Assembly (NCBI GenBank): GCA_963843145.1
Contig: CAWJJC010000020.1
Span: forward strand, 1 to 64,000
Length of the DNA: 64,000 bases
Source: an uncultured delta proteobacterium
Lineage (GTDB): Bacteria > Desulfobacterota > RBG-13-43-22
Reading direction: 5' to 3'
The stretch's first letter is position 1, and each line of letters starts with the position of its first letter. Below are positions 50,470 through 58,946 of this stretch, piece after piece. The position numbers and the translations under genes are program-made. The notes under the pieces are model-generated. The model had not been told where the DNA came from. It made no database searches and was given only the letters and a program-made list of their open reading frames with translations.

Positions 50470-50595
50470 TTCAGCCTCTCTGAAGCTCCGTATCGTCCTG
50501 GGTGACGATCCGGAGAGATTAGTAGTGAAACCGCGACAGCCCTCGATGACCCCGCAAAAAGTCTCGCTGGGACTTTTTGCGAAACCATCAGCCCT

Positions 50596-51333
50596 TTACT
50601 CGCTGTAATTTTTTATTTTTCGGGAACCCAGGATAAAAAAGAGCACGGCGTAGCCGATCATCACCAGAATGGCCGTCATCCCCTGTTCATCCAGAACCGG
50701 TTTCCGGATCAGGATATTGGTGTGCGTTAGGGGCAGGCAGAGAATAAGGTATTGCAGCAACTTGGGCATCCGGTCCAGGGGGAAAAAAGTCCCGCTGAAA
50801 AAGACCATGGGCAGGATGAAAAAATTGGCATAGGTGGAGGTGTCCTCATGGGTCTTGGTCAACATGCCGATGAGTACGCCCATATTGGCAAAGAGGAAAC
50901 AATTCAACAGGAGAGTAAAAAGAAAAAGCCAGGAAAGGTGGAACCCGGCACCCGCCACCAGCCCGACCAGGATAATCATCAGCGAAGCAAACAGCCCCCG
51001 GACCATGCCGGCCAATACATAGCCGGCCATGATGGAAGTGGGGGCGATGGGGGCCTGGATCAGGACCTGAAAGGTTTTGAAATAAACCCGGCTCAAGTTG
51101 AGCCCGCTGGCCACCCAATTATAGGAATTGTTCATGGAACTCATGGCCACCAGCCCGGGCAGCAGGAAACCCAGGTAGGTCCCGCCCGGGACCTGCACGC
51201 TGCGTCCCAGACCCAACCCGAAGGCCAGCAGATACAGCAGGGGCACCATCATGGAAGTAAAAATATAGCCCAGACGAAAAAGTTTCTTCTTGAACTGGAT
51301 CATTTCCCGAAGAAAAACCGGATACCAGTTCAT
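50596..51333 (-). CDS. ABC-2 permease
   Basis: Y..FLLPGLVA, FFSGTFFP, PLTH. Confidence 0.88.
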   Translation of the reverse strand: MNWYPVFLREMIQFKKKLFRLGYIFTSMMVPLLYLLAFGLGLGRSVQVPGGTYLGFLLPGLVAMSSMNNSYNWVASGLNLSRVYFKTFQVLIQAPIAPTSIMAGYVLAGMVRGLFASLMIILVGLVAGAGFHLSWLFLFTLLLNCFLFANMGVLIGMLTKTHEDTSTYANFFILPMVFFSGTFFPLDRMPKLLQYLILCLPLTHTNILIRKPVLDEQGMTAILVMIGYAVLFFILGSRKIKNYSE

Positions 51334-52166
51334 TGCTCGATTCGCCCCCCGGTCAGCTTCACAAAGACGTCCTCCAGGTTGGACTTGCGCATGGTGACCT
51401 CGGTCTCGACTTCCCGCAATTGGCACTGGGCATCTTCCCGGCTGGCGCACATCCGATAAACCCGACTGCCGTCCCGGTCCGCATATTCCACCACGTATTC
51501 TCCGACCATCTTTTTCAGGTTGTCCGGGGTGTCCAGGGCGATCAATTTCCCTTGGGAAAGGATGCCGACCCGATCACTCAGGGCCTCGGCCTCTTCGATG
51601 TAATGGGTCGTCAGTAAAATCGTCCCTCCCTGGGCCTTGATCCGCCGGATCATGTTCCAGATCTCCCGGCGCACCTGGGGGTCCAACCCGATGGTGGGCT
51701 CATCCAGAAAAAGGACTTTCGGCCGGGCCAGGACGGCCCGGGCGATCAGCAGGCGCCGCTGCATACCCCCCGAAAAGGTCAGGATATTATCGTATCGCCG
51801 CTCCCAAAGACCGACCGAACGGAGCTGCTCCTCGATCTTGGATTCCAGGCCTGGAATATGGTGCAGGAGTCCGTAAAGACGCAAGTTGTCAAAGGCGGAC
51901 ATCTCCCGGTCCAGATTGTTTTCCTGGGGAACCACGGCGATGCGTTTTTTAATTTCCAGGGGATCTCCGACCACGTCAATCCCATCCAGGAGGGCGCGGC
52001 CGGCCGTTGGTTTGACCAGGGTGGTCAGGATCTTGATGGTGGTGCTTTTCCCGGCCCCATTCGGTCCCAGAAGTCCGAAAATTTCATTCGTTTCGATTCG
52101 AAACGAAAGGCCCTCGATCGCCTTGATTTTTCCGTACTCTTTGGTCAGATGTTCCAGTTCGATCAT
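51330..52166 (-). CDS. ABC transporter ATP-binding protein (DrrA/NodI-like)
   Basis: GPNGAGKS, FSGGMQRR, LDEPT, TTHY. Confidence 0.92.
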   Translation of the reverse strand: MIELEHLTKEYGKIKAIEGLSFRIETNEIFGLLGPNGAGKSTTIKILTTLVKPTAGRALLDGIDVVGDPLEIKKRIAVVPQENNLDREMSAFDNLRLYGLLHHIPGLESKIEEQLRSVGLWERRYDNILTFSGGMQRRLLIARAVLARPKVLFLDEPTIGLDPQVRREIWNMIRRIKAQGGTILLTTHYIEEAEALSDRVGILSQGKLIALDTPDNLKKMVGEYVVEYADRDGSRVYRMCASREDAQCQLREVETEVTMRKSNLEDVFVKLTGGRIEQ

Positions 52167-52273
52167 GAGCAAACAATTCTCTTGACAAGCCGTTTCATTT
52201 GGCTTTCATTTGGATTTCGAGTATTTGTATTTGTTTCGGATTTCGAGCTTCGAATTTCGAATTTGTGGTCGTT

Positions 52274-52555
52274 ATGTCCACCATCCGCCAAACCATCATC
52301 TCACTGCTTCAAGGCCAGGATTTATCCGCCAGGGAGATTTCCCAGATCGTCGGGATTCGGGAAAAAGAAGTCTACGATCATCTGACCCATATCGCCCGGT
52401 CGGCGGCCGTAAAAGGAAAATTAATCGTCCTACCGGCCTCCTGCCGACGCTGTGGTTTTATCTTCAAGAAACGCGACCGTCTAACCGCCCCCGGCAAATG
52501 TTTTCTTTGCCACAGCGAGTCCATCAGTCCGCCCCGTTTTGCTATCCACGACTAA
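52274..52555 (+). CDS. HTH plus Zn-ribbon transcriptional regulator
   Basis: SAREISQIVGIREKEVYDHL, CRRCGF, C..CHSE. Confidence 0.8.
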   Translation: MSTIRQTIISLLQGQDLSAREISQIVGIREKEVYDHLTHIARSAAVKGKLIVLPASCRRCGFIFKKRDRLTAPGKCFLCHSESISPPRFAIHD

Positions 52556-52640
52556 AAAATCCCCTCCAACCGACCCTTACCAGGGAATGGCCATTTACGA
52601 GAACTCCCCCCTTTGGAAAAAAAGGGCCAGAGGGGATTTT

Positions 52641-53411
52641 TTAGGATTGAACCTTCAAAACCCCGGTAGCCCGGTACCGTCCGGCGACATGAATCGGGAA
52701 CCGTTGGCCTAAAACCCTTTGATGGGTCCGACGGGCCAGTTCGGGATGATTGTTATGCTCCGAAAGATGGGCCAGGCAAACCCACTGCATCCGGTTGGTA
52801 GCCGATCCTTTCAGCACCCCGGCCGCCTCTTGGTTGGAAAGATGCCCGCCCAATCCGCGAATCCTTTGTTTTAGATATTCCGGATACGGGCCCTGCTCTA
52901 ACATCTCCGGATCAAAGTTGCTTTCCAGAAAAATCGCGTCCAGGGAAGCGATAACGGTTTCCAGTCCCTGAAAAAGGTGCCCCAGATCGGTAAGAATCCC
53001 CAAGCGTCTTTGGCGGGTTTCCACCACAAAAGCCACGCCGTCAGCCCCATCGTGAGGGGTGGGGATGGTCTGAACGGATACGCTTCCAAAAGAAATCCCA
53101 TCCCCGGCCTGAAAAGAACGGACCTCCGACAACCGGCCCAGTCGAAGCGTTTTCCCGGCAGCCAGGGTCCGGGGGGTGATGTAGAGCGGTATCCCGTATT
53201 TCCGCTGATAGATGCCGGCGCAGCGAAGATGATCCGCATGATCGTGGGAGATAATCAAGGCATCCACTTTCCGAATGTCCTTTCCCAGAGCGGCCAGCCT
53301 CTGTTCCGCCTGGATGCCGCTGATGCCGGCGTCAAAAAGCAGTCTGACCCCTTCGGCCTCCACGTAGATGCAATTTCCGTTGCTGCCCGATTGTAACGAG
53401 ATAGCTATCAT
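52641..53411 (-). CDS. MBL-fold hydrolase (YycJ-like)
   Basis: SGSNGN, SHDHADH, TDLG, LESN, GHLSN, HLSEHNN. Confidence 0.9.
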   Translation of the reverse strand: MIAISLQSGSNGNCIYVEAEGVRLLFDAGISGIQAEQRLAALGKDIRKVDALIISHDHADHLRCAGIYQRKYGIPLYITPRTLAAGKTLRLGRLSEVRSFQAGDGISFGSVSVQTIPTPHDGADGVAFVVETRQRRLGILTDLGHLFQGLETVIASLDAIFLESNFDPEMLEQGPYPEYLKQRIRGLGGHLSNQEAAGVLKGSATNRMQWVCLAHLSEHNNHPELARRTHQRVLGQRFPIHVAGRYRATGVLKVQS

Positions 53412-53587
53412 TCTTTATCCTCCGGGGTGCCCCTTTTCCTCCTGGCGGTTATAAATACATAATAAATCATGAGCAGGGGTAAAAAAGCCAGTCCCACTTC
53501 AAAGTTGCCTTTAAAAAAGTAATAGGTGCTGATTCCCACGATCAAGAGAACCAGTACGATTTGAATGATCGCCGCGATTTTAGTCAT
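53408..53587 (-). CDS. Small two-TM membrane protein (59 aa; absent from the ORF track)
   Basis: MTKIAAIIQIVLVLLIVGISTYYFFKGNFEVGLAFLPLLMIYYVFITARRKRGTPEDKE*; stop overlaps the MBL start (ATGA). Confidence 0.65.
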   Translation of the reverse strand: MTKIAAIIQIVLVLLIVGISTYYFFKGNFEVGLAFLPLLMIYYVFITARRKRGTPEDKE

Positions 53588-53691
53588 TTATTTCTTCAGC
53601 CTTCACTATCTATCTATTTACGAAAAGAAAATCTACCCTCTCACCCTTAAGGAATTAGTACCTCCCATGTCAAGGCAAATCTGGAATAATT

Positions 53692-53908
53692 TGTCGAATC
53701 GCCTCGACATTCGTGTCTTCTTATATCTATTCAAAATCTAAAGATAAATAGATTATTTTCGAAAACCTGGCCCCTAAATCTTTTGAGACGCCTAATAATT
53801 TCGACAAAATCGTCGAACACGAAAAAAAATCAATATCCTTACTAATCGTAAATATAATGTAATTTTATACAGTTATACATAATCAGGGAACTTGGCACGA
53901 GACTTGAA
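53692..53908 (+). promoter_or_regulatory. Sigma-54 promoter with upstream palindromic activator sites
   Basis: TGGCACG-AGAC-TTGAA at 53893-53908; TGTCGA-n6-TCGACA (53692-53709) and TTCGAC-n6-GTCGAA (53800-53817). Confidence 0.6.
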
Positions 53909-53959
53909 TTATACTTTGGACAAAACCTGACTCAAAAAAAATTAAAGGAGGAAAATATC

Positions 53960-54529
53960 ATGTTAGATAAAAGTAGATTGAAAGTATGGATGGTAGGTGG
54001 GGCTCTCTTGGCCATGTCCGGTTTAGCGATCGCCGCCGGTCCCGGATTCGGCTGGGGGAACAATTTCAACTGCCCTGGTGGGTTTGATCAGTTGAACCTG
54101 ACCGCAGACCAGAATACCAAGCTGAACGACGTGCGGGAGAAAACCTGGAAGGAAACGGTTACCCTGCGAAATCAGATGCAGACCAAACGGTTGGAACTTC
54201 AGACTCTGTGGAGCAACCCGAATCCCGACAAGGACAAGGTCCTGGCCAAGCAGAAGGAACTTAACGACCTGCGGAATACACTCCAGGCCAAGATGACCGA
54301 TTCTCGGCTGGAAGCCCGGAAGGTTCTAACCCCTGAACAGGCCGCTCAGGTGGCCGGCAGCGGCCCGGGCCTGGGTTTCGGTGGCGGCGGAATGCGCCGT
54401 TTCGGCCGAGTGGGGAACGGATACTGTGGCGGTCCCGGCTTCGGTCCCGGCGGCGCTGGATTCGGTCCCGGTAGAGGCCCCGGCAGGGTGCCTGGACAAG
54501 GCTTCGGCCCCGGCGGCAGCCGGTTATAA
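53960..54529 (+). CDS. Spy/CpxP/ZraP-family periplasmic protein with Gly-rich tail
   Basis: Signal peptide, LNLTADQ and VLTPEQ (LTxxQ), GPGFG repeats. Confidence 0.85.
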   Translation: MLDKSRLKVWMVGGALLAMSGLAIAAGPGFGWGNNFNCPGGFDQLNLTADQNTKLNDVREKTWKETVTLRNQMQTKRLELQTLWSNPNPDKDKVLAKQKELNDLRNTLQAKMTDSRLEARKVLTPEQAAQVAGSGPGLGFGGGGMRRFGRVGNGYCGGPGFGPGGAGFGPGRGPGRVPGQGFGPGGSRL

Positions 54530-54645
54530 TATAGACTTCCTCTCCTTCCCCTCCTCCCGGGAGGTATGGAGCAACCCTCCATACCTCCTTTCCTTTTTCA
54601 TGATTAATCATTGACAGCTTATCCGGGAGCCGTTACATATAGGGC

Positions 54646-55776
54646 ATGTCTTTGGCCCTTGATCCGACCCCATCAAAGCCCGAATCCGTCCCGGTCTATC
54701 CCTTTACGGCGATCGTCGGTCAGGAGAAGATGAAATTAGGGCTCTTGCTGACCCTGATCCACCCCCGGATCGGAGGTCTGTTGATCCGGGGCCAGCGAGG
54801 CACAGCCAAATCAACGGCCGTTCGCGGGTTGATCAACCTGCTCCCCCCCGTGGAATTGGTGGCCGATTGTCCTTTTCGCTGCCCTCTTCGAGACCCGGAA
54901 GAGATGTGCGAGCTTTGCCGTCAGCGGCTGGCGAAGGGGGAAACCCTACCCGGCGTCAGCGCCCCCTTTGGGCTGGTCAACCTGCCCCTGGGGACCTCGG
55001 AAGACCGCTTGATCGGGGCCTTGGACTTTGAAGCCGCCCTGTCCAAGGGAGAACGCCGTTTTGAACCAGGGCTCTTGGCCCGGGCCAACCGCTCTATTCT
55101 TTATGTGGATGAAGTCAACCTGCTCGAAGATCACCTGGTGGATTTGCTGCTGGATGTGGCCGCCCTGGGAGTCAATTACGTGGAGCGGGAGGGGATTTCC
55201 TTCAGCCATCCCAGCCGCTTCATCCTGATCGGCACCATGAATCCGGAAGAAGGGGACCTGCGCCCCCAGTTGTTGGACCGCTTCGGTCTCTGCCTGGACG
55301 TGCGGGGCAGCTCCGATTTAAAGGAACGGATTGATGTCGCCCACCGCCGCCTAGCCTTCGAGTCCGATCCGGTTGGTTTTCTCGAAGACTGGTCCGGCCA
55401 GGAAAAAGATCTCGCCCAAAAGATCATTCAAGCCCGCCGGGATTTAGACCAAATCCGGACTCCCCAGCGCATCTGGGAAATGGCGGCCCGCTTATCGCTA
55501 AGCTATGGGGTGGAAGGTCATCGCAGCGATTTAACCATGATCAAGGCTGCCCAGGCCATCAGCGCCTTCCGGGGAGGGACCGAGGTCACCCCTCCGGATC
55601 TGCTGAAAGCTGCTGAACTGGCTCTGCCTCACCGCTTGAAAAACCAGGACCTTAATCAGCCCCGACTGGAACCCGGTCAAATCCAAAAGATCCTCGAGGA
55701 ACTGGAAGCCGCTCAGGAAGAGCCGCCGGCCGCCCCGTCCTCCGGCGAATTAAAAAAAAAGCCCCTGGCCTATTAG
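54646..55776 (+). CDS. Mg/Co chelatase subunit I-like AAA+ ATPase
   Basis: YPFTAIVGQ, GQRGTAKST, LYVDEVNLL, NPEEGDLRPQLLDRFG. Confidence 0.92.
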   Translation: MSLALDPTPSKPESVPVYPFTAIVGQEKMKLGLLLTLIHPRIGGLLIRGQRGTAKSTAVRGLINLLPPVELVADCPFRCPLRDPEEMCELCRQRLAKGETLPGVSAPFGLVNLPLGTSEDRLIGALDFEAALSKGERRFEPGLLARANRSILYVDEVNLLEDHLVDLLLDVAALGVNYVEREGISFSHPSRFILIGTMNPEEGDLRPQLLDRFGLCLDVRGSSDLKERIDVAHRRLAFESDPVGFLEDWSGQEKDLAQKIIQARRDLDQIRTPQRIWEMAARLSLSYGVEGHRSDLTMIKAAQAISAFRGGTEVTPPDLLKAAELALPHRLKNQDLNQPRLEPGQIQKILEELEAAQEEPPAAPSSGELKKKPLAY

Positions 55777-56604
55777 ACCCCCCTCCTCTTTCAGTCCCTC
55801 TCCCACTTGAAAGCACCCGGATACCAGATCCCTCCATCCCTTTGGCGGAATTGATCCGGCTCGCCTCCCCAGGCCGAAGAAAGACTTTCCCCTCCATGAG
55901 GAACGAAGGCCGGGTGGTTGGAAGCGGCCCTTTTTCCGGGACATCGTTGACGGAGACGGCCTTTCTTTCAACGGTGAAATCCGCCTGCGGCCGTTCGGGT
56001 TTTGACCGGGCTCAGAGACCGCTTCGCTTTATCCGGGACGACTTACGGCGGAAAATAAAAAAGAAAAAAGGCGGTTATTCGATAGTTTTTGTGGTGGATG
56101 CCAGTTCATCCATGGGAGTGCATGGACGAATGTCTCTGGTCAAGGACCTGTTGAACGCCTACCTCAAGGAGAGCTATCTGCGGCGGGACCGGGTGGCCCT
56201 GGTGGCCTTCCGCCATCAACAGTCTCAGGTGATTCAGCCCTTCACCGGAAATCTGGGACGGGTCCGACTACTCCCTCCGAATGCTGCCGATGGGTGGAAA
56301 GACGCCCCTGGCAGAGGGTCTGCGCCTGGGCTTCCGGGCCCTGGCCCAGGAACGATTTAAATACCCCCGATTCGGTCAGGTCCTGGTGCTGGTCTCCGAC
56401 GGAAAACCTAATCTAAGTTTTTCCGGCTTGGACCCGGTGGATGAGGCCCTTTTGACGGCCTCCTGGCTGCGCCGGAATGGCATTGCCTTCGTCTTCATCG
56501 ATACGGAGCCCAACCCCCTGGCCTTTGGTTACGGACCGGCCATCGCCCGAAAGGCCGGGGGAACCTATCGCACCCTGGTGGATCTTCTTAGAAAGCCCGG
56601 CTAA
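55752..56604 (+). CDS. Chelatase subunit D-like linker and VWA domain in the -1 frame (second frameshift near 56275)
   Basis: -1 frame is open from the A9G run; VVDASSSM MIDAS, RDRVALVAFR, GGKTPLA, VSDG. Confidence 0.75.
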
Positions 56605-56636
56605 ACAATTTTGCCCCCCCAGATTCAAAATGCTCG

Positions 56637-56849
56637 TTAAGCGGCCAAAGTTTCAAAAGATAACCGCAAAGGCTCCAATCGGGTCAATGCGAGATTCAAT
56701 TTTTCAAACCCGATAACCTGACCGTTCTTGTCTTTCATTAGAATTACTTCTTCCCCGGTTTCTTCAGAAATATATTCATCCTGGGGATTACCGAACCAGA
56801 CCGTCAAGGTGTTCGCTGTTTGGTCATAGTAGACGTTCACTTGGGCCAT
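56637..56849 (-). CDS. DUF2283-like small protein
   Basis: VYYDQTANTL.V.F, D.NGQVIGFE; RBS GGAG. Confidence 0.75.
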   Translation of the reverse strand: MAQVNVYYDQTANTLTVWFGNPQDEYISEETGEEVILMKDKNGQVIGFEKLNLALTRLEPLRLSFETLAA

Positions 56850-57029
56850 ATTTTATCTCCTTCTCGAAATCCTAAGGGGGTTACCACTTCAAAAATCAAA
56901 CCCGAGTATGAAGGCAGGTCGCTCATTACGGTTAAGTATATCAAATTTTAACAATAATGGGGCAAGATTAATTGACATTAAGAATGATTCTAGTAAGATA
57001 TGAAAATACCAAGGAGGGGAATAAATTCT

Positions 57030-57596
57030 ATGTCACCAGGTATTTCACGTGACCAGGCCTTGGATCTAATTCATCAACACCTCAAGAATCCCAATATGAT
57101 CAAACACTGCCTGGCTTCCGAAGCCGTTCTCGGCGCCCTGGCGGACCGCCTGGGGGAAGACCGGGAAAAGTGGTCTCTGGCCGGATTGCTCCACGATCTG
57201 GATGTGGAGCTGACCCAGGCCGACCTAGCCGTACATGGGATGGAAGCGGTCCGGATACTGGAGAGTAATGGAGTGGACCCGGAAATCGTTCAGGCCGTCA
57301 AGCTTCATAATGAGTTGGCCTGCGGAGAAAAAAGATGCGCTGTTTTTCACCACGCCCTGGCCGCCGGGGAGACGATCACCGGGTTGATCACGGCTACCGC
57401 CCTGGTCTATCCGGACAAAAAATTGGCCTCGGTCAAATCCAAGTCCATTGTGAAGCGGATGAAAGAAAAGGCCTTCGCGGCTTCGGTCAACCGGGATATT
57501 ATCCGAGAGTGCGAGGTGATCGGAATCCCCCTGCCGGAATTTGCCGAAATCGCCCTCCGCGCCATGCAATCGATCAGCCAAGACCTGGACTTGTAA
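57030..57596 (+). CDS. HDIG-domain metal-dependent hydrolase
   Basis: KHCLASE, GLLHDLD, KRMKEKAFAASVNR. Confidence 0.85.
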   Translation: MSPGISRDQALDLIHQHLKNPNMIKHCLASEAVLGALADRLGEDREKWSLAGLLHDLDVELTQADLAVHGMEAVRILESNGVDPEIVQAVKLHNELACGEKRCAVFHHALAAGETITGLITATALVYPDKKLASVKSKSIVKRMKEKAFAASVNRDIIRECEVIGIPLPEFAEIALRAMQSISQDLDL

Positions 57597-57647
57597 GCGG
57601 AGATAATCCTTGACCTTTCAGGAAGGGTGGTCTACCTTAATCGACCT

Positions 57648-57989
57648 ATGCATGAAATGTCCATCGCCCAAAGTATCATCGATATTGTTCAGCAGGAGAT
57701 GGTCCGCCACCAGGTATCCAAGGTCTCGGTGATTCGCCTGGTGGTGGGGGAATTTACCGCCGTAGTTCCGGACAGTCTCACCTTTTGTTTCGAACTGATC
57801 ACCAAGGACACCCCCTTGGAAGGGGTTAAGGTAGAACTGGAGCAGGTGCCCCTGACCGGCCGGTGCCGGGCCTGCGGGAAAGAATTCCCCATCGTTGACT
57901 ATCGATTCGTTTGCCCGGAGTGCCAGTCCATTGAGGTCGAGCCTGTTTCCGGGAAAGAGTTGTTTATCAAAGAAATTGAAGCGGAATAG
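57648..57989 (+). CDS. hypA: Hydrogenase nickel metallochaperone HypA
   Basis: MHEMSIA, CRACG, CPEC, GKEL. Confidence 0.95.
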   Translation: MHEMSIAQSIIDIVQQEMVRHQVSKVSVIRLVVGEFTAVVPDSLTFCFELITKDTPLEGVKVELEQVPLTGRCRACGKEFPIVDYRFVCPECQSIEVEPVSGKELFIKEIEAE

Positions 57990-58005
57990 CCAAATGGAGT
58001 AAATA

Positions 58006-58665
58006 ATGAAAGTGCCGGTAGTGCGCAATATTCTGGAGGCCAACGAGCAATTGGCTCAGGAAAACAAGACCCGGTTTCAGGAAAAAGGGTTACTGGTTCT
58101 GAACCTGATGAGCTCCCCAGGGGCGGGGAAAACCACCCTTCTGGAACGGACGGTCGAGGCCCTGAAGGACAAAATACGGATCGCGGTCATCGAAGGGGAT
58201 ATTCAATCTACCTATGACGCGGAAAAAATCGCTCAGCACGGAGTTCCCGCAGTCCAGATCAACACCGACGGGGCCTGTCACCTGGACAGCCGGATGATCC
58301 AACAGGCCTTGAAGGAGATAGACCTCTCCAGCCTGGATCTCCTGGTAGTGGAAAACGTGGGCAACCTGGTCTGCCCGGCGGAATTCGACGTGGGCGAAGA
58401 TTACAAGGTGATGATCCTGAGCGTCACCGAAGGGGACGACAAGCCGCTCAAGTATCCCCTCATGTTCAGCAAGTCCAGCGTCCTCTTGGTCAACAAAATC
58501 GACTTGCTTCCCTACATCAATACCAGCGTGGAGAAAATCCGCCAGGTCTCCCTGGAAATAAATCCTCAATTGGATATCTTTGAAGTGTCCTGCCAGACGG
58601 GAACGGGTCTGGAGTCCTGGTTCAACTGGATCTTGAAGCGGGTGCCGCACTATAAAAGCGCGTAG
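58006..58665 (+). CDS. hypB: Hydrogenase nickel incorporation GTPase HypB
   Basis: SSPGAGKT, CHLD, ENVGNLVCP, KPLKYP, NKID. Confidence 0.96.
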   Translation: MKVPVVRNILEANEQLAQENKTRFQEKGLLVLNLMSSPGAGKTTLLERTVEALKDKIRIAVIEGDIQSTYDAEKIAQHGVPAVQINTDGACHLDSRMIQQALKEIDLSSLDLLVVENVGNLVCPAEFDVGEDYKVMILSVTEGDDKPLKYPLMFSKSSVLLVNKIDLLPYINTSVEKIRQVSLEINPQLDIFEVSCQTGTGLESWFNWILKRVPHYKSA

Positions 58666-58738
58666 CGCCTGGCGCGGAACGCGGAGCGACAATCCCAGAC
58701 TAAAATTTAGAATTGGGGGTCGCCATACCCTTTAAACC

Positions 58739-58871
58739 CGAAATTCGAAGCACGAAATCCGAAACAATCTCAAAGGTCCAAAATTCAAATGACCAAAACA
58801 AAGACGTTTCGAGTTTCGAAATTTGATCATTTGAATTTGTTTCGGATTTCGGATTTCGTGCTTCGGATTTA
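58739..58871. repeat. Heptamer-unit palindromic element (copy 2)
   Basis: CGAAATTCGAAGCACGAAATCCGAAACAA...TTGTTTCGGATTTCG..TGCTTCG. Confidence 0.75.
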
Positions 58872-58946
58872 AGGGGTTTAGCTCTTACCGAATTATTCCA
58901 ATACCGGCCCCTCTGAAGTTGGATTGTCTCACTTGCCTGACTGTCT

